From Octopus bimaculoides (taxonomy: Eukaryota), in assembly GCF_001194135.2 (NCBI RefSeq), contig NC_068986.1, forward strand, positions 80,498,384 to 80,562,383: DNA of 64,000 nt. Direction: 5' to 3'. The position numbers and the translations under genes were made by a program. Positions 13,842 to 26,600 of the stretch are shown piece by piece; position 1 is the stretch's first letter; every line of letters starts with the position of its first letter. The notes beneath the pieces were generated by a model. It had not been told where the DNA came from and made no database searches. It worked only from the letters and a program-made list of their open reading frames with translations.

Positions 13842-14125
13842 AAAATTTGTCAAAATAATCAAAAAGTTGTCCTCATTGTCCCCATTATATCATCCCAGGA
13901 GAAACTGGTGTTTTCCTCTAAGTTTTTGAGACACCTCTAAACACGCACGCTATTACCGCGGGTGATAGCAAGGTTGAGGCCCTGAAACAACTAATTACCT
14001 TATTCAGTATCTATAATTTGTCTGATATTTCAATGAGACGGGACAGCAACGAAGTGAAAAAAAAAATGTTTTATTTTACTATTAGCGTATCCGTGATGTC
14101 AAAAATGCTGACCGTTTTATCAGTG

Positions 14126-15443
14126 ACTAGCAGTATAGCCCGGCGCTGCTCGGGATTAAGTTAGGATTATTAAGTGATCAAGTGCTTTATTTCAAACCAA
14201 AATAAGTAACATCGACATCAGATTTGACCGAAATCCGTTGAAATTGGTTTGGCTGAAAATGGTCTGCTGGCAATTTGATTGGGTAATCCCATAAGGAATC
14301 AGTTTATTGGTTGTTTCCACTCATTGACTGTTTTTTTAAATGTTGCATTAGAGATCTGCATAGGAGAAGGTTGATCTGAAGGTTTGCATTGGGGATCTGG
14401 ATTGGAGTAACTTAGGAAAACTTACCAACAGCCTTAACCAAAAAATAAGGGGCCTGTCCCTTCTAGGTTAACTCTAACTCTAACCCTGACCCTAAAACCA
14501 TAACCCTAACACCAACTCTAATCCTAATCCTAACCCTAACACTAGCCTTAACCCTAACCCTAATCCTAACCGTAAAACTCTAACCCTAACCCTAACTGTA
14601 ACACCCTAGTGGAAATCATGTGGGTGTTAATCTGAAAAATTGCCAAACCCTTTTTGTGGTCCGAAAAACGGGTTGGGGGGTGACTGACAAATTGTTACAT
14701 ACCTTTTTGTTTCATAGTTGTGAAATATAAACAAAACTCTTTTGCTCCCAAAGTAGTATATGTGCGTGTGTGAGAGGCGTGGGGGAAAGATGAACGATTT
14801 AAAATAAATAAATGATTTAAAATAAATATATTCTAATTGTTGTGTGAGAAAGTATATATAATCTCATTATAGAATATAGTCTTTCAAAGACATCTTATAT
14901 TTTAAACTATATCTCATGTCTAAGAAAAAAAAATGCACTTTACATTTTACACTTACTCTGTCTTCCTTACCTACATTTTCTTTCGCAATACGCATTGTCT
15001 CCCTCTTCCACTTTTTCGTTCTTTTTTTCTTTTGTTAGACAATGGCAAACAAACTCTGCCTTGGTTAGAGAAATTTTTTTTCCTTAGACGCTTTGTGTCT
15101 CCTTTTCTCGCATTTTGTTGACTTTTTTTTGTTAGACGCTAGCAAACACTCTGTATCTCCCCTTGTCACAAACACACTATTTCTTTCTTTCTCTCTCTCC
15201 TTCACGCGCGTACGCACAGATTTGACTTCGCCATGTCAACAAACTTCAAAATTGGTAAAAGTTTATCGATTTTTACAGCTATACGCAGGTGCCTCTGAGA
15301 GAAAAAGTCGACGAAAATGCAGATAGGGTCATGAACAATGTCCTCCTAAAATTGGAGCAACATGCATGCTAATTTGTGGACGTGCATAAATTATACTCAC
15401 GTACACACACACACACACATCTCGGCTTTTATATATATACGGA
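14126..15443 (+). mobile_element. Non-autonomous Helitron-like element (Lep1/HINE-type architecture)
   Basis: Start actagcagtatagcccggcgctgctcggg resembles the Lep1-type 5' end, and it ends in (CA)n-ctcggcttttatatata. Internal telomere-like array. The family assignment is from recalled architecture only. Confidence 0.45.
14468..14608 (+). repeat. Degenerate interstitial (TAACCC)n telomere-like array
   Basis: Run of imperfect taaccc/taatcc/taactc units, complement of the TTAGGG telomere repeat. Confidence 0.85.
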
Positions 15444-16349
15444 TAAAAATGGCATCTCTAAACAATGAGAGAAACCATTGCTAAATGTCAGCAAATATAT
15501 GTATATACACAGAACTGAAGCACTCAAAAAATCAGATACAGTTGTTACATCTCAGTTGAAAATATCGCCCACATAATGTGTGTGTTTGTATATATATATA
15601 TACTCTTATATGTTTTAGCCCTAAAGCTGTGATCATGCTGGGGTGAGCATTTTAGTTTGTTTGAAGCATTGTAGTACAGAAGTAGAAAGTGAAAGAAAAG
15701 GGAAATAAGGAAAGCTTCTAACAATGCAGAAAGTTTAAAAAAAAAAAAGAGAACCCTTTATATTTCAGGTGCAAAGGCTTATCTTCAGAAGTAAGCAATC
15801 ACAGAAATGTATATTTACATAGATTTCATTATTTTAAACTGCTTGGCATTCAGGTTAGCAGCAGCAGCAGAAGCAACTCTCCAACTATTGGTCATGGTTC
15901 CTTCAGTTTATAATATAGATAGATAGATAGATAGAGATAGACAGATAGATAGATAGATAGATAAAGACAGATACAATCAGTTTATGGGGTAACCCTGGGT
16001 TTCACATTCATAAATTGAGCTGATAACATTAACATCTAGCAATTCATTATAGAGAGAATCATCATGTTCATTCAGGTATGCTTTACAGAATCAGCTCCAT
16101 GTAAATCTTTTCCTGGTTTGTACATAACTCTTGAGATAGTAGCTTTGCAGGTCTGGTTTGTGATTAGTTTCAACCAATGTTGTCTTTCGATATACGTAGT
16201 CATAGAACTGTCAGCATCCAAAGACTATGACTAGCAGTTCATTCTCTAGTTACTTGTAACTTTTTTTTTGGGGGGGGGGGTCATGGAGGGTGCACATGAT
16301 GCATACATGAAGTGGTGATCATCTTGTAATATACACGATTTGCTCTTGA

Positions 16350-17800
16350 GCTACCTACAGAAAGTATAATTGATTTCTTGACATCATAATACTTTAGAAG
16401 TACAGTGTTTGTTATCAGTTTACCAAACCTCTTCCTGTGTGTATCATTTCATATGAATTCAATGTCATCTTTGGTAAGCTCACATAATAGTGCTGAGGCA
16501 TTAGATAAATTAGAACTAAATTTTGCAATACACATAGTCACTCAAAAAAAACAATCCGTGTCTTACTTGTTTGTAAGTCGTGGAAGCTCGCGAACTGCAT
16601 AAGTATGTAACCAACATAACGAACTTAGTTTTACCAATTTCTGCTTTGTCAGGATTTGTTTTAATCCTCTGTTATGTTCCTTGTTTTGACACCCCAACAT
16701 TAATATGTCAACAATGATTTTCAAACCATCAATTCCTTTAAAGATATTTTCCATGGCTCATTGCATAGCATCTCCCAAGCTTCATAAACCAAATGCAATA
16801 TCTGCCAAACAATGTATTCATTGTACACAGTTTTGAGCTCTCATCTTCCAGCTCTGTAAGCCAGTAACTGAGTTGTGCACCCAGTTTAGTGAACTTAATA
16901 GCATTGCCTATTTACGCAGAAAATTCCTCAACTGTTACAGCTAGGTGATACCCACACAATAACTTAAGATTGATTGGATCAATGTAATCCTTATCTTGTC
17001 ACCTTTTTGTACTGTGATCACTGGGTTCATTGATGCTCATGGTGATACTATTTGACAATAACACTAAGCTGCTCCATGTAATCAAGTTAAGCTTTCACTT
17101 TATCACAAACAGCAAATGGAGTTCTTTGTGAGAGTGTGACTGGTTTAACTTAATTGAGTACTGACAAGGTAATTTTCCAAAGGTTTTACACAGATCAGGG
17201 TAATCTCATGATGAGCTCCCTTCAAATCATTTTAATAAATTCAATTTAACACATGCATCATTTCCCCCGAATAACTGACTCTTTCAGATTGATAATTTGA
17301 AATGTTTCATAACTTTGTTGTTGACAGAGCATTTAAGTTCAATCTGATCCTCTGGCCGGATGGTATGCTCAGTGTAGCTTTTCAGTTGGACATAAGTTAA
17401 CCATAATGGACCTGAATAAATCAGCTCAAAATAAAGAAATTTTGTTTCTAAAAGGGATAGGAATGGAATTTGTCTATCTCCCTATTTAGATCTTTTAAAT
17501 CCAACCCCTTAAATACAAATAATTTCAGATCTGTGAAATTGTTTTAATCAGGACATTATATAAATTATACTGATTTTCTCTAATTCCCTGAATTGCAGAT
17601 GAAATTCTCAAAACAAACTGCTCAGGACCATGGCCCTAAGAGACTTCAATAAATTATTTTGCATGTTATTCAAGATTCTTATAGTTGGTTCATTCACCTT
17701 TGGATAGTACCTTTACTTTCTAAGTTACATCGATATTTGCCACGTTTACTCTCAAAACTCTTGATTAAGTCAAATATCATACTGATTCCCTCCGAATCTT
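16350..17800 (-). mobile_element. Highly degenerate Ty3/Gypsy pol (RT) relic
   Basis: Minus frames give PVITVQKGDKIRI..IDP (cf. PVVxVxKxxxxIRxCIDP) and FGL...AMENIFKGIDGLKIIVD-ILMLG..NKEHNRGLKQIL (cf. xxDDILxWG...EHD..LxQVL), with many stops and frameshifts. Boundaries are approximate. Confidence 0.65.
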
Positions 17801-20800
17801 GTATTTAAAAATTAAGTTCATTCAGATACTACGAAAAATCTGTGAAAACCACAAGCTTTTAGCAAAGGAAAATTATGGATTTCATATCTAAAAATAGTCT
17901 GATTTCTCTTAAGCACCCTACAAATGCTCCAAGTATTTGACCATAATTCAATCAATGTACATTACTGTGTAATAGTAAACAGTTGTAAACTTATTCAGCT
18001 TTATTGATCTTATAATTAATAACTTTTAAGTCTATTTTTTTGTAAATAGTAGTTTCCAAGAGGAAACAAGGGATTGAGTAACAGTTGTAAGCTTTTTTTT
18101 TTCCTTCACAAAACCAACATTTCAGTCTACCATCTTAAGAGCACCAGCAGCAGTTGTAACCATTTTCAAAAAATCTTCCACGAAACACCTTCACAATACA
18201 TCCATTTGTGTGAAAATATTGTGAAATAACTACTTATTGAGCAGATGACATAATAGGTGTCTCATGGAGTTAAATGATCATCATTTTAATGTCCACTTTT
18301 CTAAGTCTGCATAGATTGGATGGAGTTTACTGAAGTAGATTTTCTACAGCTGGATGCCATTCATGATGCCAACCCTCACCTGTTTCCAAGCTTGATAATA
18401 TTTCTCCATGTTCAGATAAGTTTATATAGAATACTGGAAATAAACAACACTGTCTGTATGACATTACCATTCAGTTACAACTATCACGAGGTGTCAGGAC
18501 AAGGAGACATAAAAATATGCACACCTGTATATACATAAGCGAATAACTTCTTTCACCTTCCATCTCTGAAATTCACTTACAGGGCCTTGTTCAGCCTGGG
18601 GCTACAGCAGAAAATATGTGCCCAAGGTACCACACAGTGAGACTCAACCTGAAACCATATGGTTGGGGAGCAAATTTCTTAACCATACATAAATAGAAAA
18701 TAAAATTCAAAAAAGAAACTGGAAATTATAAATAGTAAATATAATTCAAAATGTTTTAATTAAAATTTGATTTTAATTACAGTATAGCAGTTTAATAGCA
18801 GATAATTAATAACCAACCATTTTTGAGTTATGCTGTCTCTTTCACATAAAATACACATTGAAATGGTGTGTGTACATAAGTAGAGCAAAATGTATGTGTG
18901 TGTGTGTGTGAGTGTAGATGAAGAAATCAACTGTAAACTAATTTTTGATGCTGTTAAGGATTGCAAACACCATTAGACTATAATGAACGCCACATCAAAT
19001 TTACAAACTAAAGGATCAAGGCAGGTCATTTTTGATAACATATAAGAGAATATAAGTAACTGGCAGAGATGTGATTTTAGTTAACCATGTTGAAAAATAT
19101 TCTAGTGATAACCATCTTTTTTTTTTAATACATAATCTATCTTAAACTCCATTATCCATTACAAACTGGCACTCTGTCAATTATGATGATGAGAGTTCCA
19201 GTTGATCTGAAGAAAGGAACAGCTTGCTCATGAAATTAATGTGTAAGTGGCTGAGCACTCCACAGATATGTGTGCCCTTTTCAGGGAGATTCAGCATTAC
19301 ACAGAATGTGATGAGGTTGGCCCTTTGAAATACAGGTACTACTTGTTTTTACCAGCTGAGTGGACTGGAACGTTAAATAAAGTGTCTTGCTCAAGGACAT
19401 AGTGCAAGGCCAAGAATCAAACTCATGACTTTATGATCATGAGCTGAATACTCTAACCACTAAGTCACGTACCTTATCCATTATGTTCTTTTTAAAATAT
19501 GTGAATTCAAGGGAATTTAGTTGGTATGGCAACCCTCCTCATGTACCAAATAATTTTGTAAGAATACATTGAATGTATTTATACATTGAGAGTATCTATA
19601 AATGCGTGTATGTGTAGCAGTTTGTACCTGAGGTCTACACAAACTAAAAATTGTCAACTGATATAGGATATACATATATACATATGAGATATGTATGATG
19701 ATGATATGGAGAGCAGTGATCTTGGTTGTGGACAGATACACAATTTGCAACATGTACATGCACATCTGAGCACGAAAAATGCAGTAATGGCTCTCAGCTT
19801 AATGAGACACCGCTTTTTATGTAGATACTATTATGATAAATATACTCAGTCATTTCCCCAAATTTCTCTACTAGAAGTCAAAACTTCCAGACTTGCTCAA
19901 ACCATAACAATTCTGAAAAACAGATATGAAGCAGGAAGGAAACAAATCACTATATTTGTATTTGTACATGTGTGTGTGGGTACATGCATATATGTGTGCA
20001 TGCACATGCGTGCACTTGTGTCCTTGCATGTGTGTGTGTTTTTGTGAGGATGCATATTCATACATGCAAATGTGTGTATCTGAAAAGATACATATACATA
20101 CATAACAAACTGAGTGTGTACAAGATACATGGAGTTATGTTTAAGGAAAGTCCTCTAGTTAGAAATAGATTAACAATATATCAGTAACAGCAAGGATGAA
20201 TATAAAACATAATTAACAATAGGAATGGCAGAGATGTGAGGACAAAACAATTATGGACAACAGCAACAATAATAACAACAGCAACAACTACAAGATAAAC
20301 TATTGAAATGTCTTTACAAATCACTGAAAACTCAAATAGGAAATGCTTGCAACAAGTGACACTCTGTAGCCATTATTGGGGGACGGAGACGAAAAATGGC
20401 AAAATTAACAAGAAGTCTAGTGATTTCAAAGCACACAGTAATGGATCCTTCATCCACCCTGTTTCATCTAAGCATTTATCATGACTGCTAATTAATATCC
20501 AGTTTTCCATGTTAGCATAGTTGGATAAGTCTGCAGTATGGAGTTTTCTCATTTCCATTCATGTTATGCTATAATATACTGGATCCTCTATTTTTGTGTT
20601 TGATCAATAAAAATTAAACTGGCCATTTGAAAGCATGCACACTGCAGCATAAAAAGTTCTTAGTATGAACTCTCTAAATATTTCTACCCCTAACAAATTG
20701 TTAAGTTACCAAGGTACATCAGTCATATCTCAAACATCTCTTACATGTTATACAATTATCACTAATAGTTCATAGTATTTCACATCTAAATTTCTATCAT

Positions 20801-22110
20801 ACACCTTGCTTTTTTTTAGCATGCAAATATTCAAATATTCAACATGGCATAATATCAATGCTCTACAGACCTGTCCAATACTCTACAGATCTGCTATCTG
20901 CTGGCTATCTCGAATACTTGAAAATAAACTGTTATCTAGTAGACATATCCAAATGTATACTACAAACAATTCATTATCATACACCAGATTAAATATGCTT
21001 CTCTAATGATGTTCAAGAATAACACCTTGCAGATATCAGAGCATTTGGCAAAATTTAAAGACATAAGAATGTTGCAGATAATGACCAAAACATGTGAGTA
21101 TCATGTCAGAGATCCAAATATGAATCGGCAATAGAAATGGTAGCAACTTTAATAGGACATAGGTTGGTGCCAGTTATCTATATCATGAAGAGTCTTTAGA
21201 AGGTTTCTACTGCAAAAATATACCATTCACAACAGATATCAAAATATATATTTACTTAATATTGCAACTCTACCAACTGTACTCACACACACGCAAACAC
21301 ACACACACACACAAATATTCATCAATGAAAATACATATATATTTAAGCACACAAACAAATTATGGGGAGAGACACATAAATACACACATGCATATGCACA
21401 TGGTGCGCATTATATGTATGTAAATATATCTGTATCTAAATCTATCTATCAATATATATATTTAGACACACATGAAAACATACACTCAGAGAAATAAAAA
21501 TAATGGTGATATAGTCAGGTTAGGAAGGAAGAGGACAATGAACTGTCTACAGAACACTTATATAAAAATTAAAAATTTAACAACAAAACCAAGATAACAT
21601 AATACAAAAGATTTGGATCTTTTGCCAATCCACAAAAGCTGGCAGAGTTAGTGCCAAGCTATGGCTAAGGTGTACAGCTGAAGTGGACATGTGAAAAGTG
21701 TCTCCATTGTATAGGACACTATTCTAAAACAGTAACTCTGCCTGCAACAGTCAACTGAAACAAAGAAAATGGCAATAGGATACAAACTTACAATCTATGT
21801 GTCTGTAGTTTGCAGCTGATTCATTTCCAACATTTAATGCAAACATCTGTGATTGACTTCTTTACATATGGACAGATGAAGAAGAATGAGTATTTCTTTT
21901 TTAAGATGATATCAGACATTGTCTTTTGGAAGATGCCTTCTTCAGCCATAAAATGGGTTTGTTTACAGTTAATATACATTTAAACACACACACTTTATAA
22001 AAATCAAAATACCTTTCTCACTGCATAACTTTCACACCATAGCAATCATTAGGTGATACACATATAGAAATGTATACATACAGGTGTGTGTGTGAGTATA
22101 TATGTATATA

Positions 22111-22275
22111 TCATCATCATCATCATCATCATCATCATCGTTTAACGTCTGCTTTCCATGCTAGCATGGGTTGGACGATTTGACTGAGGACTGGTGAAAC
22201 CAGATGGCTACACTAGGCTCCAATCTGATTTGGCAGAGTTTCTACAGCTGGATGCCCTTCCTAACGCCAATCACT
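22111..22275 (-). mobile_element. RTE-tail/SINE-like repeat with (GAT)n tail (representative copy)
   Basis: Core ttctacagctggatgcccttcctaacgccaa. Related copies near 1383, 2575, 7980, 18290, 24930-25430, 30531-30716, 32930, 34470, 38500, 38970, 42200-42990, 53995, 55560, 58956, 59478 and 63800. Confidence 0.8.
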
Positions 22276-22893
22276 AAATGTGACTAAGGTGTTGGAAACA
22301 CCTACATTGCTAGAAATAAGAGCTAAAATGCTCTAATGTTGCAGTCAAAGCATACAATTTCATACATATATACTAACAGGGACTGTAATCGTCCGATAAA
22401 TATTATTTCTAGCAACATAGGTGTTTCTAACACCCTAGTCACATTTAATGACAATTATAGTTTTCTTTTTTAGTGAAACATTGCAAACTGCTGTCTACAT
22501 TAATTTTCTACACACACACACATATATATGTAGAAACACACACACACATATATATGTAGAAACACACACACAAACATATATATATAACACACATAAATAA
22601 ATAAATATATGTATATATTTATCTATCACTCACACAGGCATACACATCTAAATAGATATACACCTAAACATATGTACAGCTAAGTGAAATGTGTGTTGAT
22701 GCACATGTATTATGCAGATGTGTACATATTTCATGCATATGTTTGTGTGCACAGCACATGTAATTATATGTGTGTACATTCATGCATACACAGAAGGAAA
22801 GGGAGGTTTTATTATTCAACAAGGCTTGGATGGGAGTTATTTAAAAAACAGATGGGAGAAAAATGTAGCTCTCTGTAGAGAAGTTATACATAC

Positions 22894-22940
<47 letters not shown>

Positions 22941-23270
22941 NNNNNNNNNNNNNNNNNNNNNNNNNNNNNNNNNNNNNNNNNNNNNNNNNNNNNNNNNNNN
23001 NNNNNNNNNNNNNNNNNNNNNNNNNNNNNNNNNNNNNNNNNNNNNNNNNNNNNNNNGGAGGGAGAGAGTTGTCTAAAAAAAACAAACAAAAAAATAAACA
23101 TTTTCAATAGCAAGATTAGATAAACATTGCTACAAAGAAAGCAGAATTTCTGCACTTGTCAGAAGTCTCAAGTCTTAATATACGGAATTCCTGATGTTCA
23201 GAAAGCTCCTAATATCCAGAAAGTTCCAATCTTGCTACTCATAATCCTCAATGTCTATAGAGTTGCAACA

Positions 23271-23608
23271 TTAGTACATATCATCACCAATGTCCAGAAA
23301 GATGTTATAGGCTTCCCGGTTACAACTACCACTGGTTGTGAAACTGTATTTGTGAAATGTCCCATCGACACACACGGCTGGAATGGAAAAGGACAAAAGA
23401 TGAAATAACATAAAACAACAGAAATTCAGAATCTTATACTAAACAGGTAGCAAGTGAGAAGTAGCTGATATAAAAAGAATATATATATTTATGTATGGTT
23501 GACAGGAGCCAGCCAAGTAGAAGAATACCCCAGGCTACTGTGTCTGTTTCAGCAGGATGCCCTTCATAACACCAACTACTCTGTAGAGTGGACATTTTCA
23601 ACAGCAAG

Positions 23609-23641
<33 letters not shown>

Positions 23642-26600
23642 AGATGCATGGTTTAGTGGTTAGGATGTTGGACTCATGATCATAAGACTACGGTTTAATT
23701 ACTGAACCAGGCAATGTATTATGTTCTTGAGCAAAATACTTATGTGACATTGCTCCAATCCACTTGGCTGGCTAAAATCACCAATCCTTGTGATGGACTG
23801 GCATCCTATCTAAGGGGAAATATATATGCCACAGAAATCAGGAAGCCATCCTTATGTGTTTATATGACTTTGGAAGGAACTTCAATCCTTTTAAAATATA
23901 CATATATATAGGGTGTTACAAAAAATTTGGTATCATTTCGCAATCTAATAACTTTGCCAGTTCTTGTTCAAATGACTTCAAATTTTAACAGCATGCATAG
24001 AAACAGGTCAAAATTTTATGTTTAATATTTGATATGTTTATCTTTTCAAGTATAGAAATGGCATTTACTGGAAAAGAAAAGGCGTTTTGTGTGTTGGAGT
24101 ATGCTCGAACACAGTCGAACAAGACTGTGCAGCGTGCATTTGTGAGAGAGTTCACTAAAAAATCACCCATGGCAATGCAGATTTGGACATGGCACAAAAA
24201 ATTCAAAACGGAAGGCTATCTGTGCAGGGCAAGGATCTGGATGACCACTAACATTGGAAGAGACAGTTGAGCGGGTTCACCAAAAACTCTGACGAAGCCC
24301 CAAGAAGTCCATATGAAGAACAAGTTTGGAAACCCAGATCCCTCCAACGACAATTTGGCATGTCCTGAGGAAATGCTTGCTAATGAAACCCCACAAGCTG
24401 CAGCTCATTCAGGCCATAACGGCAGATGGCAAGTGAAAGCGCAAACATGAAGGGCCTGATCTATGTCCCCACTCTTCCTGCAAACCTAGAGGAATTTGAG
24501 CAGAGAATCACTACCGCACTGGAGACTGTTACCCAAGACATGCTGCAGTGTGTTTGGAAGGAACTTGACTACCAACTTTATGTGTGCCGTGTCTCAGGCA
24601 GTGCACATATTGAACATTTGTGAAATCGTTCATGGAATCCACATACCTATGAATTTCTCATTCAAATTTGGAGGAACGAATCTTATGTTGCTCAACATTA
24701 AGCCTGATTAGTTTCATTTGCTTTGACCATATAGTTTCTGTGATATTTACGTTTCAAATGATATCTAATTTTTTGAAACACCCTGTATATGTATATATAT
24801 ATGTATGTATTAATAATAAAAGTGAAAAAGAATTTCAACTCCTATTTCTAAATTCGGTGGATGGTGAAGCAATTAGCTGACCCCTAATTATAATTATAGA
24901 ATATTTGTATATATGTATGTATGTATTATATAACATCATCATCATCATTGTCATTTAACGTCCATTTTCCATGCTGGCATGGGTTGGACGGTTTGACTGA
25001 GGTCTGGAGAGCCAGCGGCTGTACTAAGCTTCAATCTGATCTGGCAATGTTTCTACAGCTGGATGCCCTTCCTAATGCCAACCACTCCGAGAGTGTAGTG
25101 GGTGCTTTTTACGTGCCACTAGCACAGGAGCCAGTCAAGCAGGCCTGGCATCGATCACATTTGGATAGTGCTTTTTACGTGCCACTGGCATGGGAGCCAC
25201 CACCACCATTGTCGTCGTCATCATCATCATCATCATCATCGTTTAATGTCCACTTTCCATGCTGGCGACTGAAAACTGGTCACCTGCACCAGGTTCCAGT
25301 CTGATTTAGAAAGGTTTCTATGGCTGGATGCCCTTCCCAATGCCAACCACTCCAAAAGTGTAGTAGGTGCTTTTTTTACGAGCCACTGGCACAAGTGCCA
25401 TTAACGTGATACTGGCATCAGTCCCGTAATACATTGGTGAGATGATATAATTAACATATTGTGTGGTCATTACCATCCATCAAAGGTGTAAAATGTGTCT
25501 CTTCAAGTGAATATTTTGAATAAGTCCTTCACTAGAGCAGACTGTCATTTCACTCTATGCAAGAATGAATAACCAAAGCAATGCACCAGTGCTATTTTCA
25601 ACAATTTGCAGACAAAACTAAACCCATAGATAAAATGAGAGACAAAACAAAATACAAAAACAAACAAACAAAAAAAAAAACTCCTATGTTCAGTTAACTA
25701 TAAAATATAATTCTTACCAACAACAGAATTTCCTGAGCCAAAAGCACAAATGCAAGCACATTCTGCTGGAACAGTGAAGTTGGCAAGGCCCCATTGCGAC
25801 TCACCATACTGACCAAGAAAGCCCATTTTTTTAAAACTGGAATAAAAACAAACAACACAATCATTATCAATAAATGAAATACTTTGCTTTTGTGTGTGTG
25901 TGTGTGTTCAAGCAAGTCATCCTTTTACTGGTTACTAACTGAACTTCTACAATTGAAACTTAGCTTCCAGTCATTATGGAATGTTGAAAATAGTCTTTTG
26001 CTTTCAACTTTGACAATATAAGATGCAAAACTGCAGCTATGAGAAAATATAAACAAAATCAATGCTTAATTGCTCAGAGATGCTTTCTGTATGAAAAACA
26101 ATAGTTAAGTGAGTGTTGACATTTTTAATTTAATGAGCATTAATTACCAAACTAGAAAGAATTATGTGATGAGGAAAAGACAACTTTAGTTAAATATTCT
26201 TTTACTTGTTTCAGTCATTTGAGTGCAGCCATGCTGGAGCACCACTTTTAGATGAACGAATTGACTTCAGGACTTATCCTTTGTAAGCCTTATACATTTA
26301 GTTATTCTTAGTTCAGGTGTGCCACCAAATTTTTAAAAGAATATAACTGAAAAAAGGTTGTGGAGCATTGCTATAGCTGTCTGGGTGGTAACTACACATG
26401 CTCCATATTTAAATTTAAAGACCCATCAAACCCTTACTCCAGACCAAGCAATTATAACACACTATTAGAAACTGAACTCACGTGGATCTTTTATTCAGTG
26501 TTGTGTCCTCGATAGCAAATATATGGACTGTCCCTTTGTCACTGGAGGCACACAAGAAGGCAGAATCATGACTAAAAGATATACTGGTAAGAAATAGAAA

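Noticed and set aside
13949-13969. GC-rich hairpin gctattacc-gcg-ggtgatagc
   Set aside because: A 9-bp stem between transposon remnants, probably TE-derived; no context for function.
15769-15790. 22-nt plus-strand segment with good acceptor and donor
   Set aside because: No partner exons or coding frame found. Such sites arise by chance in AT-rich DNA; it needs RNA-seq.
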